The notes below the pieces were generated by a model. That model was not told the DNA's origin. It saw only the letters and a program-made list of their open reading frames with translations, and searched no databases. From the NCBI GenBank assembly GCA_046861385.1, contig JBHHTW010000014.1:1-48043 (forward strand): a stretch of 48,043 bases of DNA, in the 5' to 3' direction. Source of the DNA: Fidelibacterota bacterium. Lineage in GTDB: Bacteria > Fidelibacterota > Marinisomatia > Marinisomatales > TCS55. Position numbers and translations under genes: made by a program. Shown here one piece after another: positions 1-9,545 of this stretch (within the stretch, counting starts at the first letter, position 1; each line of letters begins with the position of its first letter).

Positions 1-817
1 TCCCATCAAATCCATGAGCGGATGGACCGAAAGCAAGATATGGATCGATTTGCCAGTAGTGAAGATTTTGTCGGCATTCATTTCCCGACTTTGACCAGCT
101 GGAAATTTCGTATTGAATGTATCCGGCAGATGATAAATATTCTTGGGTCCACGAATACAACTCGGCACTGTAATCGTCATCTGGAATAGTGACAATATTT
201 TGCTGGACCAACTTGTGTAAAACAGTGCCAGGTTCAACTGTTAGGGAATACGCGGAAATATGTTCGGGCCTCAATTCTACAATACGTTTTAAATCCCGCT
301 GCCATATATCCATTGTTTGCCCAGGAATATTGAAAATCAGATCACAGTTAATGTTATCGAATCCTGCAGTACGTGCATGGTCGAATGTTTTATATACCTG
401 ATCAACATTGTGGATTCGAGTCAGAAATGTTAGCAGACTTGGCTCAAGAGATTGAACGCCAATGGATAGACGATTTATTCCCAATTTCCGATATGCTTCC
501 AATCGTTTCAAAGGCGCTTCTCCTGGATTGGCTTCTAATGACCATTCTTTTACATGGGATAAATCAAAGCGAGAACGAAGTGCATCGATGACGGCTGCCA
601 ACTGATTGGTTTCAAGCAGGCTCGGGGTACCACCGCCAAAAAAGATTGTATCAATGATCCAATGAGATGTATCCAATTCACAGAGTTCGATTTCTTTTAT
701 CAACGCATGAACAAATCGAGACATTTCATCCTCCCGATCAGAGATCGAATAAAAATCGCAGTAAATACATTTCGCCGTACAGAAAGGAAAATGAATATAT
801 ATACCGGCTCGTTTCAT
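1..817 (-). CDS. hemW: Radical SAM heme chaperone HemW (HemN-like), 3' end beyond the window edge
   Basis: Not in the ORF track. Manual reverse translation from ATG at 817 gives MKRAGIYIHFPFCTAKCIYCDFYS...DTIFFGGGTPSLL, with the YxHxPFC and CxxxCxxC radical SAM motifs and GGGTP. Confidence 0.9.
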   Translation of the reverse strand, partial: MKRAGIYIHFPFCTAKCIYCDFYSISDREDEMSRFVHALIKEIELCELDTSHWIIDTIFFGGGTPSLLETNQLAAVIDALRSRFDLSHVKEWSLEANPGEAPLKRLEAYRKLGINRLSIGVQSLEPSLLTFLTRIHNVDQVYKTFDHARTAGFDNINCDLIFNIPGQTMDIWQRDLKRIVELRPEHISAYSLTVEPGTVLHKLVQQNIVTIPDDDYSAELYSWTQEYLSSAGYIQYEISSWSKSGNECRQNLHYWQIDPYLAFGPSAHGFDG

Positions 818-879
818 GGTTAAGTTTACAGGATTCTTTCATTCATAAATGATTTTTGTTTTTACCGCAATATTAAAAT

Positions 880-1014
880 TGTCATCGCGAGTTTTTTCAC
901 GAAGTGAGAAAACGTGGCGATCTCCCTGGAAAAATCAATGTCCGCAGGTCAATGATACCTTTTTGTCTGCTGGTGGGCGGGGATTGCTTCGCTCGTACCT
1001 CGCTCGCAATGACA
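880..1014. repeat. 135-bp palindromic REP/RPE-like element, copy 1
   Basis: Ends TGTCATCGCGAG...CTCGCAATGACA form an 11/12 inverted repeat. Internal hairpin GTTTTTTCAC-GAA-GTGAGAAAAC. Aligns without gaps to 1046-1180. Confidence 0.85.
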
Positions 1015-1045
1015 GTTATTATTTTTAATATAGAAACAAGAAACT

Positions 1046-1180
1046 TGTCATCACGAGATTTTTTACAAAGTGAGAAAACGTGGTGATCTCCCTGGAAAAG
1101 TCAATGTCTACAGGTCAATGATACCTTTAAGTCTGCTGGTGGTCGGGGATTGCTTCGCTTGTGCCTCGCCCGCAATGACA
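1046..1180. repeat. 135-bp palindromic REP/RPE-like element, copy 2
   Basis: Direct copy of 880-1014 with 14 substitutions by manual alignment, separated from it by a 31-bp AT-rich spacer. Confidence 0.85.
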
Positions 1181-1242
1181 ATAAATCAAAGATATGATTG
1201 AGATTGTTTTCTGTTAAAATGTTCTTCGTAAATTTGAGACCT

Positions 1243-1908
1243 ATGTTTCGAATTATTTACCTGCTCCTATGCAGTCTGCTTTTTGCCCAACCTGGCATTT
1301 TGAAAGTCGGATTTGACATTGACGATACCGTCCTTTTCTCTGAACCCATGTTTCAATATCACCTGGAGAACAAAGGGGTACCCATCAATTTTGCATGGAT
1401 CAATAGCCATGATAAGGACTTTTCAGTCCCCATTACACCAACAGTTGAACTCATTCATTATTTCAGATCGAATGGGCACGAGGTGTATTATATTACCGCA
1501 CGTCCTGGGGATAATGGAGAAATATTGGCCGAATTTTTGACAGAAGTTTTAGGATATAAAGTTCAAAAAGATATCGATTTATTCTTTATGCCAAAAGATA
1601 CTCTTAATGGTAAAAAATTCACATCCAAGCATCGAAAAATGAAAGAACTGGGATTGGATTTATATTACGGTGATTCCGATACGGATATTATTGCTGCGTT
1701 GAAGGCCGGAGTTCATCCGGTTCGAGTGGTTCGGAATCAGAAATCCATTAAGCAGTATGGCGCCAATTATTTTGGTAATACCAATAAAGGGAATACTGCC
1801 AAAAATCCCTTCGATGCCAATGACCTGAAACTTTTTTATGATAAATCGGTGGGTATTTTCGGTGAATCTATTTATCCGATTATTTGGAATGGTCCAAATG
1901 AGAAATAA
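1243..1908 (+). CDS. HAD-superfamily class B acid phosphatase (AphA-like), secreted
   Basis: VGFDIDDTVLFS motif I, YYITAR motif II, YYGDSDTDI motif IV. Signal peptide from ATG 1243 (MFRIIYLLLCSLLFAQ); the ORF-track start at 1198 is probably too long. Confidence 0.8.
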   Translation: MFRIIYLLLCSLLFAQPGILKVGFDIDDTVLFSEPMFQYHLENKGVPINFAWINSHDKDFSVPITPTVELIHYFRSNGHEVYYITARPGDNGEILAEFLTEVLGYKVQKDIDLFFMPKDTLNGKKFTSKHRKMKELGLDLYYGDSDTDIIAALKAGVHPVRVVRNQKSIKQYGANYFGNTNKGNTAKNPFDANDLKLFYDKSVGIFGESIYPIIWNGPNEK

Positions 1909-1918
1909 TTTCTCAATC

Positions 1919-2302
1919 TTATCTCTCTGTTAGAATATTCAGATCATCCCGTATTAAAACGAGAATCGCAGATTGGGAAACAATCAGGTAATAATCAGAT
2001 TCAACTTTAATTTCAATAGCCGCTTTGTTAAGGAATAATGCATAATCTCCCAGTTCGGCTTGAGTCGGAATATATTTAACTTCGCCATGTTTTTCAAATT
2101 TCCACGGTTCGTTACCGACATCATCGGGATTCCCAACCGGAATCCCCGGTCCAACTTCTACGATGATACCACCGCGGATTTCCTGTTTTTCGACAACGCT
2201 GGGTGGAAGGTAAAGTCCTGCAGCAGATTTCTTTTCACCTTTATCCGGCTGAATCAATACACGGTCACCCACAATAATGATTTGTTTTTTCTTATGACGC
2301 AT
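1919..2302 (-). CDS. Co-chaperonin GroES (Cpn10) family protein
   Basis: GDRVLI...KSAAGLYLP...GIIVEVGPG...YLIVSQSAIL pattern, with an extra EPWK-containing insertion. Confidence 0.8.
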   Translation of the reverse strand: MRHKKKQIIIVGDRVLIQPDKGEKKSAAGLYLPPSVVEKQEIRGGIIVEVGPGIPVGNPDDVGNEPWKFEKHGEVKYIPTQAELGDYALFLNKAAIEIKVESDYYLIVSQSAILVLIRDDLNILTER

Positions 2303-2337
2303 AATAATATTTTACGAAATTAGTGTTTAGGAATTAT

Positions 2338-2769
2338 ATGCTAATAGTAAAATATATTAATACAGAAGAGGAATACCGAGCTGCTCTGGAAATTCGTAAG
2401 AAAGTATTTATCGAGGAACAACACGTCTCCCGGGACGAAGAGATTGATGAATTTGAAGAGTCCGCAACCCATATCATTGCGTTGTGGGGTGAAAAAATTA
2501 TGGGAACTGCCCGCTGGCGGTTCACGCCTGAAGGAGTGAAACTTGAGCGTTTTGCTGTTTTGAAATCCTTTCGCCGTCAGGGAATTGGCAAAGCAATGGT
2601 TGAATTTGCGCTGAAGGAATTGGAAGATTATCCCATTTTATATTTAAATGCACAAGTCAAAGTAATATCCTTTTATGAGCAATTTAACTTTGTAGGAGAA
2701 GGAGATATTTTTTTCGAGGCGAACATTCCTCACCAAAGGATGATGTATCGTAAATTGGATTCGGATTAA
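2338..2769 (+). CDS. GNAT family N-acetyltransferase (ElaA/YjcF-like)
   Basis: IRKKVFIEEQ, ERFAVLKSFRRQGIG acetyl-CoA motif, LNAQ..FYE, EANIPH. Start placed at ATG 2338. Confidence 0.88.
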   Translation: MLIVKYINTEEEYRAALEIRKKVFIEEQHVSRDEEIDEFEESATHIIALWGEKIMGTARWRFTPEGVKLERFAVLKSFRRQGIGKAMVEFALKELEDYPILYLNAQVKVISFYEQFNFVGEGDIFFEANIPHQRMMYRKLDSD

Positions 2770-2916
2770 GATTTTGGAATATGAAATGTCTTTAAGTGTT
2801 GAAGCAATCAATCATTTAGCCAGTCCTATTATGCATAATTACAAATTACGATCCTTTAACTCATATTGGAAAAAATGGTAGATTCATTGGTCAATGAACA
2901 CACCGCCAAACCAATC

Positions 2917-4770
2917 ATGAAAGAGTCACTTTATAAACGCATGTTCAAACTGGTCTTACACCATTGGCCATATTTGTTGCTGTCGACAGGAGCTGCCCTT
3001 ATCTATGTCGTTTTAAATAGTGCATCCATTTGGCTCACTGCTTCATTAATCAATAATATTTTAATGGATTTTAATCAGCTGTTAGCCGATCAGGCTCAGT
3101 TGGTGGGCCAGGGAAATCTTTCAATTAATGAGCAGCTGAAATTATGGTCAAACGAATTAGTTTTAAGAGATACAGCCCAGGACACACTTAAAGTCCTTTG
3201 TCTCATGATTCTGGCAGTATTTTTGTCAAAAAATATTTTTCTATACCTGAAAAATATCTTAATGACCTACGTACAAATTCATTTAATTACCGATTTAAGA
3301 AATCGACTTTATGAACATTTTAATTCACTTTCACTTTCTTATTTCCATCAGAAAAAATCCGGCGAACTAACATCCATCATTATTAATGATGTTGGAAACC
3401 TTCGACGGGCATTGGGAACCAGTTTTCATCAATTATTAGTCGAACCGATTAATATTATCGCATTTGCAATTCTATTATTTGTCATTAGCTGGAAAATGGC
3501 CATGATCTCTTTAGTCATCATTCCTGTAGCAGGATTTACGATTTTTACTATCGGAAGAAGCATTCGTCGAAAATCCAAGCGGACTGCATCCAAAATAGCC
3601 GGAATAACCAATATTATTACGGAAACACTTTCATCCATCAGGGTCGTAAAAGCATTTGGCATGGAGGAATATGAGGTAAACAGGTTTTTTCATGAAACGC
3701 GCAAATATTATCAATTATTGCTTCGTCGAGCAAAATTAAGATTGACTGCGGCTCCAATTACGGAAATTCTTGGTGTTATGATGGGCGTATTACTTTTATG
3801 GTCCGGCGGCATGGAAGTATTGAGTGGAAAGGGATTAACATCTGAAGACTTTCTACGGTTCATTTTCCTATTATTTGCCATGATGGATCCCATGCGAAAA
3901 TTGAGCAAAGTAAATGTCGATTTACAGGCAGGAGTTGCATCTGCTGAAAGAATTTTCAATATTCTTGATACGACTCCAACAATATTTGATTCCGAAAATG
4001 CGATTCAAAAAAAATCGTTCAATCATAGTATTTCATTTTCCAACGTCAGTTTTGAATATGAAAATTCAAATAAAACGATTTTGAATGATATTAATTTTTC
4101 AATTAATAAGGGTTCTGTTGTCGCTTTGGTGGGTCCCAGCGGCGCTGGTAAGTCAACCGTAGCAGATTTGATTCCACGGTTTTATGATATCACAAACGGT
4201 TCCATTGAAATTGATGGAAATGATATTCGATCCATCTCCCTAAAATCATTACGGAGCCTCATGGGTATCGTGACTCAGGAAACATTGCTGTTTAATGATT
4301 CAATTAAAGCAAATATCGCCTATGGTCAAAAAAATATTGATACTGATTCTGTAATCGCTGCGACTAAAGCAGCAAATGCCTTAGGTTTTATTGAGGAAAT
4401 GCCTGATAGTTTTGACACGGTTATCGGAGAAAAAGGAGTTAAACTTTCTGGCGGCCAACGACAGCGTTTAGCCATCGCTCGAGCCATAATGAAAAATCCC
4501 CCCATATTGATACTCGATGAAGCAACCTCAGCATTGGATACAGAATCTGAACGCCTGGTTCAGGAAGCTTTGGAAACACTTATGACTGACCGAACTGTAT
4601 TGGTGATTGCCCATCGATTGTCTACAGTAACCAATGCAAATCAAATTATTGTTATGGATAAAGGGGAAATCAAAGAAATGGGTACTCATGAAGAATTATT
4701 ATCAAAAAACGGTATCTATAAGAATTTATATAATATCCAGTTTGCGAATCGTACGAATATAAGCGAGTAA
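2917..4770 (+). CDS. ABC exporter, fused permease/ATPase (MsbA-like)
   Basis: N-terminal TM domain, Walker A GPSGAGKS, LSGGQRQR signature, ILDEATSALD, IAHRLST. Start uncertain (2866, 2875 or 2917). Confidence 0.9.
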   Translation: MKESLYKRMFKLVLHHWPYLLLSTGAALIYVVLNSASIWLTASLINNILMDFNQLLADQAQLVGQGNLSINEQLKLWSNELVLRDTAQDTLKVLCLMILAVFLSKNIFLYLKNILMTYVQIHLITDLRNRLYEHFNSLSLSYFHQKKSGELTSIIINDVGNLRRALGTSFHQLLVEPINIIAFAILLFVISWKMAMISLVIIPVAGFTIFTIGRSIRRKSKRTASKIAGITNIITETLSSIRVVKAFGMEEYEVNRFFHETRKYYQLLLRRAKLRLTAAPITEILGVMMGVLLLWSGGMEVLSGKGLTSEDFLRFIFLLFAMMDPMRKLSKVNVDLQAGVASAERIFNILDTTPTIFDSENAIQKKSFNHSISFSNVSFEYENSNKTILNDINFSINKGSVVALVGPSGAGKSTVADLIPRFYDITNGSIEIDGNDIRSISLKSLRSLMGIVTQETLLFNDSIKANIAYGQKNIDTDSVIAATKAANALGFIEEMPDSFDTVIGEKGVKLSGGQRQRLAIARAIMKNPPILILDEATSALDTESERLVQEALETLMTDRTVLVIAHRLSTVTNANQIIVMDKGEIKEMGTHEELLSKNGIYKNLYNIQFANRTNISE

Positions 4771-4774
4771 CTAT

Positions 4775-5887
4775 ATGCCTTTTAAGATCGTATTTGATGC
4801 TTATCATTTATACCATCTGCCACAATTCGACCCAGTAATCGAAATATTATCTCATGACGACCGATTCGAAATATTTGCATCCACTTCTACGAATAATAAT
4901 CTCGAGGAAAAAGTATTAACTGAAAAAATCCTATCGGATAAAAATATACAAGTGATCAAAGGAGATAATGAAAATGAACGGGCAAATAAAATTAAACACC
5001 TCCAGCCGGATGTCTTTATTTGCGGGTGGTCAAGATATCCAATAGGTCAATTTGTTACCGATAAAACCTTGGTAGGTATGATTTACCATGGGATTGGCGT
5101 AAAACCGTCCTATTGGAAGGATAATCATAAAAGACTCAATGTTCGTTTCGTGGAAGGACCTTTAAGGCAAAAACAGCTTCGGAATGCCGGAATTGAAACA
5201 GAGTTGGAATTAACAGGGTTTACAAAATTGGACCCATTATTTCAAAACAAAGATTTTAATCGAGAGAATATTTTGGTGGAGTTAAACCTGGACCCGCGAA
5301 AGAAAACAATCCTCTACGGCCCGACATTCTATCCGAGTTCCATGCAAAAAATTTGGCCCGAGTTAATCAATAAATTTCATGAATTCAATATAATCGTAAA
5401 ACCCCACATGTGGGTTTATTTTTTAGATTCCTTTGGAGGCATCAGCTTAAAACGGGAAAAGAAAACCTTGGAAAAATTTGAAAATGTAGATCATATTGCA
5501 GTCCTAGGGCCGGAAATGTATAATATTGTCCCTTTTCTGGCTGCAAGCGATTTATTAATTACAGAGGCTTCATCAACGATTTATGAAATGATGGCATTAG
5601 ACAAACCGGTTTTATTATGTAAATTTTTCACGCTGAAATGGAATCATTCCCTTTTCTCTAATCGGTTATACCAAAGAAGGTTAAATAAAGAGATGAGTGA
5701 AACAATGACCGATTTCTGTTTTAATATTAATAAACCAAAAGATGTATTTAAGGTTGTATCAACTGTATTAAATGATACCGATCCATTTGCGGTCATAAGA
5801 GAAAAATATAAAAAAGAGATGCTGTTTCAACAAGATGGGAAAGCATCCGAGAGAGTCATAGAAAGTATATTACGCAGGATTGCATGA
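4775..5887 (+). CDS. CDP-glycerol glycerophosphotransferase (TagB/TagF) family protein
   Basis: Family motifs YHGIG, TGFTKLD, ILYGPTF, VKPH, SDLLITEASS, DGKASERV. Confidence 0.82.
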   Translation: MPFKIVFDAYHLYHLPQFDPVIEILSHDDRFEIFASTSTNNNLEEKVLTEKILSDKNIQVIKGDNENERANKIKHLQPDVFICGWSRYPIGQFVTDKTLVGMIYHGIGVKPSYWKDNHKRLNVRFVEGPLRQKQLRNAGIETELELTGFTKLDPLFQNKDFNRENILVELNLDPRKKTILYGPTFYPSSMQKIWPELINKFHEFNIIVKPHMWVYFLDSFGGISLKREKKTLEKFENVDHIAVLGPEMYNIVPFLAASDLLITEASSTIYEMMALDKPVLLCKFFTLKWNHSLFSNRLYQRRLNKEMSETMTDFCFNINKPKDVFKVVSTVLNDTDPFAVIREKYKKEMLFQQDGKASERVIESILRRIA

Positions 5888-6630
5888 GTTTCAAGGACAA
5901 ATATTCAGCTTATAAAAATCGCCAGGCAAAAGATTGGTGGACTTCAACAATTGGCGACCCATTATCCTGGCTGATTTTGACATTGATCGGGGACTGGAAA
6001 TGGGTCACACCCACCGGAATAACTATTTTATCATTTTTCGCTAAATTACTTCCGGCTGCCTTAATGTTGACCAACGAAAGACACTTAGTCATTTCGGCTG
6101 CAATCTTGCTGCAAATTGGTCAAGTATTAGATAGTATGGATGGGAACCTTGCGCGCTATAGAAAGGAAACGAGCATTTACGGTGGATTCCTTGATAGGAT
6201 TTTGGATGGAATTGGTTTTATTTTTGTCAGCAGTGGTTTGGCTTATTATGCTTTTATAAACGGAGCAGATGCGTATTATTTACTTTTGGGTCCAATGGCA
6301 GCTGCGTTTTACTTGGTTGTATGTTATATTTACTGGTCGATTGCGTATGAAGAACAAAAACACATTGGGACCGGGAAAAAGATTCAACCCGGAAAAAATG
6401 TAAAGTCATTAAAAGATATACCCACGTGGAAATATATACTAAAAGGTCAGAAAAAAATATTTTTATTCAACCAGGCAGACTTCTACTTTTGGATTGGTTT
6501 CGGATTGATTTTTGAAATACCTGAATTTTCTCTTTGGCTCCTATTTTTGGTTTTGTTGAAAAAAATGTTCAGCCGGGTGATAAAAAGAAGCAAATATTTA
6601 AAAGAATTCGACAAAGAAATAGGCAGATGA
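5884..6630 (+). CDS. CDP-alcohol phosphatidyltransferase family protein
   Basis: Signature DSMDGNLARYRKETSIYGGFLDRILD (DxxDGxxAR...GxxxDxxxD), TPTGIT, multiple TM segments. Confidence 0.88.
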   Translation: MSFKDKYSAYKNRQAKDWWTSTIGDPLSWLILTLIGDWKWVTPTGITILSFFAKLLPAALMLTNERHLVISAAILLQIGQVLDSMDGNLARYRKETSIYGGFLDRILDGIGFIFVSSGLAYYAFINGADAYYLLLGPMAAAFYLVVCYIYWSIAYEEQKHIGTGKKIQPGKNVKSLKDIPTWKYILKGQKKIFLFNQADFYFWIGFGLIFEIPEFSLWLLFLVLLKKMFSRVIKRSKYLKEFDKEIGR

Positions 6631-7382
6631 AAACGAAATTAGCTGTTTACCTCTTAGCTGGGAGAGGGACCAGATTACTGGATAAAACATTAACCCTTCC
6701 TAAATGTCTAATTCCAATCAATGGTGTACCATTGCTGATTCGTTCAATGAACCAGGTCATCGAAATAGGGATTGAAAAAGTGGTTCTGGTCATTGGTTAT
6801 GAAGGGCAGCAAATAATTGAGACCTTCGGCGATTATTGGAATGGAATAGAAGTAACCTATATTGACAACAAAGATTGGCACCGGACAAATAATGTTGTAT
6901 CCTTAGAAATGGCCAGTCATTCTATTGATGGGGATTTTTTATTATTAGAAGGAGATTTAATCTATGGTAGTAGAGAACTTAAAAAACTAAATATGAAAAG
7001 GAATTCTATGGCCATTGCTCCAATGATGCCGTACATGAAAGGCACAACTGTTTCAATGAAGGGCGACGGATCCATTGATCAATTTTATATGAAATCACTC
7101 GGGAAGGAACCTGATAACGTTACGCCCGTCTGGAAAACAGTCAATATTTACCATTTTCTTAAAGATGAATATCTAAATACAATTCAGCCTGAGCTTAAAG
7201 AGCTTTTGAAAAAAGGAAATAAGCAATGTTACTATGAACAGGCTTTTGCTTTAGCAGTGGGAAAAAGAAATATTGAGTTTGAGGCGTGTGTATTTGATAA
7301 TGACCATTGGTATGAGATAGATACGCAAGAGGACCTCGCCATTTCTGAAAAGAAATTTCCTCCTAACCCGTCTTCTGGTTAA
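6627..7382 (+). CDS. LicC-like phosphocholine/sugar-phosphate cytidylyltransferase (NTP transferase)
   Basis: LAGRGTRL...PKCL, TNN, LLEGDL, WYEIDTQEDL. ATG 6627 overlaps the upstream stop (ATGA); the 6534 extension overlaps the previous gene. Confidence 0.82.
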   Translation: MKTKLAVYLLAGRGTRLLDKTLTLPKCLIPINGVPLLIRSMNQVIEIGIEKVVLVIGYEGQQIIETFGDYWNGIEVTYIDNKDWHRTNNVVSLEMASHSIDGDFLLLEGDLIYGSRELKKLNMKRNSMAIAPMMPYMKGTTVSMKGDGSIDQFYMKSLGKEPDNVTPVWKTVNIYHFLKDEYLNTIQPELKELLKKGNKQCYYEQAFALAVGKRNIEFEACVFDNDHWYEIDTQEDLAISEKKFPPNPSSG

Positions 7383-7456
7383 ACGGTTGTCATTCGCGTT
7401 TCTTTTGGCAGAATATAGAACATAGTGTTTTCTATGAAGGAAACATTTAATCAGGT

Positions 7457-8440
7457 TTAATCTAAATATGACAAAGAGCGGCGATAAAAAACCCGGTTAA
7501 ACATGAAAATTGATTTATAAAAAATAATTTCTAAATGAAAAATAAACCAATGGGTTAAAAAGAGTAACCTTAATCTCAAGGATATCTGATTGCTAGTTGA
7601 ATTCAGGTAGTTCCATAAAATAAGTTCATCCCGGCTGCACCAATCCATTAACTGAATTTCACTTGTTGTTAGATTATTTCTCCATTGACCTATATATTGA
7701 GCGCTAATGGGCTGTGCTGTTTTATAATGCCATTCCATTTTGTATTTAGGGACGTTTTGAGGAGTGTGGGAATAAAATTCCAACATCCCTTCTTCAAATT
7801 CTACGCCGATAAACTTAGAAACGGTTTTTATTATTTCTTCTGATCGATGAATTAAGTCTTCATAACGTATCTCCAGAAATTGATTCGGATACTTTTTGGC
7901 GAATTGTTTCCCACGTCGTATGGCATACCTCCAATTTAACATAGAATAAATCGGATGTCGGTGCCACCACTGCATTTTCTTTAATGATGCGACGCAATCA
8001 CGCCCGTCTCGAATTAAATGAATCATTACGGCGTCTGGGTAAAGTTGGAATAATAGAGGAATAAATCGGATATAGTATGGCCGCTTATCACCCCATCTTT
8101 TTTTCCCGTTATTGGTTGCATATAATTGGTATATGGAAGAGAGAAATCCACCGATTGTTTTTTTCTCCAGCATGACGTCGTTTAATTCGTTATGACTGAG
8201 CATTAAATCTACCAGCTTTGTGTTTTTCTCTTTGCTTAAAAGCCATTCCGTAAGTTTTTTTCTGTTATTCTCCTTTTTTAAATCACCAAATACCCATAGC
8301 CGTTTTAATATTTTTCGTGTGAATTTAGTTTGTGGCGGAATAGCTATATTAGAATGTGCATTCAAGATCAGGCGGAGCAATGTTGTTCCGGATCTTTCTG
8401 ACCCAAGAATGAAAATAGGTTTTTTTGAAATAATTTGCAC
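7457..8440 (-). CDS. PAPS-dependent sulfotransferase family protein
   Basis: 5'-PSB motif IFILGSERSGTTLL, WGDKRP, 3'-PB motif IRDGRDCVAS, IRYEDL. GTG start. Confidence 0.88.
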   Translation of the reverse strand: MQIISKKPIFILGSERSGTTLLRLILNAHSNIAIPPQTKFTRKILKRLWVFGDLKKENNRKKLTEWLLSKEKNTKLVDLMLSHNELNDVMLEKKTIGGFLSSIYQLYATNNGKKRWGDKRPYYIRFIPLLFQLYPDAVMIHLIRDGRDCVASLKKMQWWHRHPIYSMLNWRYAIRRGKQFAKKYPNQFLEIRYEDLIHRSEEIIKTVSKFIGVEFEEGMLEFYSHTPQNVPKYKMEWHYKTAQPISAQYIGQWRNNLTTSEIQLMDWCSRDELILWNYLNSTSNQISLRLRLLFLTHWFIFHLEIIFYKSIFMFNRVFYRRSLSYLD

Positions 8441-8525
8441 TTATAGTAACTTTTCTTGAATAATATTGGAATCATAAGTTTACGAATAAAATATCTTTAA
8501 CCAGCATGTGGTTTAACTGTGTCTA

Positions 8526-9545
8526 ATGAAATTATTGCTATTTGTTACTAAACCATACTCTTTTTCCATTTTAAAACCTGTGGAAAATGCGGCAGTGTTG
8601 TCTGGTCATATAGTCAGATGGTTTACCGCTGCTTCTGCAAAAAATATTGAAACTCCCGGTGAAATGATTCTGACTAATCGGGAAGTTGAAGCCTTTAATC
8701 CGGATGCTGTCATCGTCCCCGGCAACGTTGTTCCGGATTTTTGGCCCGGGTTAAAGGTTCAAATTTTTCATGGATTAGGAGAGGAAAAGCGCGGACATTA
8801 CCGGATTACAAATTTTTTCGATCTCTATTGTACACCGGGACCCTATCTGACGAATAAATTCAACGTTTTATCCAAAAAACATCAAACATTTCTCGTGGAG
8901 GAAACAGGTTGGCCCAAGATGGATCAATTGAAGACTAACAATCAGATAGATCGTAAAATGAAACTTGGTTTTTCCAAAGACGAAAAGGTCGTACTATATG
9001 CACCAACATTCAGTCCCCGGTATACCAGTGCAGAAGCGCTTTTCTCTGAAATCAGAGAATTGGTTCATCAAAAGGACTACCGATGGTTGATAAAATTTCA
9101 CCCGCTGATGGATCAAAAATGGCAGAATCAATATAGAGCAATAGCTGGAGAACGTTTAATCATTGTGAATAACAATGACATCATTCCATCAATGGAAGCT
9201 TCTGACTTGCTGATTACCGATACCTCATCTGTTGCTTACGAATATTTATTACTGGACAGACCCATCATCACCTACAAAGCCATTTCCAGGAAGGAAAAGG
9301 GGATCGATATAAATGATCCGCAACAATTAGGGCTATCTATTCAACGAAGTTTGAAAGATCGAAGTGAATTCCATGACCAGCGACAAAAATATTTAAATGA
9401 ACTCCATCCATATACAGATGGTCACTCAGCCAATCGGACGATTGAAGCCATCGAAAAAATGATTAAATCTGGAGATTTAAAATCCTTAAAAATGAAAAAA
9501 CCCAACTGGTTTCTAAAACAACAAATTAGAAAACTTTTGTCATGA
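8526..9545 (+). CDS. CDP-glycerol glycerophosphotransferase (TagB/TagF) family protein
   Basis: QIFHG, TGWPKMD, VLYAPTFS, IKFHP, SDLLITDTSSVAYEY, DGHSANR. Confidence 0.85.
   Translation: MKLLLFVTKPYSFSILKPVENAAVLSGHIVRWFTAASAKNIETPGEMILTNREVEAFNPDAVIVPGNVVPDFWPGLKVQIFHGLGEEKRGHYRITNFFDLYCTPGPYLTNKFNVLSKKHQTFLVEETGWPKMDQLKTNNQIDRKMKLGFSKDEKVVLYAPTFSPRYTSAEALFSEIRELVHQKDYRWLIKFHPLMDQKWQNQYRAIAGERLIIVNNNDIIPSMEASDLLITDTSSVAYEYLLLDRPIITYKAISRKEKGIDINDPQQLGLSIQRSLKDRSEFHDQRQKYLNELHPYTDGHSANRTIEAIEKMIKSGDLKSLKMKKPNWFLKQQIRKLLS

Noticed and set aside
189-852. Three short + strand ORFs (189-401, 373-591, 667-852)
   Set aside because: They are antisense shadows of hemW, which occupies 1-817 on the minus strand.
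880-1180. Possible CRISPR array, or the 60-aa ORF 904-1086
   Set aside because: Only two 135-bp units, far longer than CRISPR repeats, and no cas genes. The ORF is read through the repeat and has no protein-like features.
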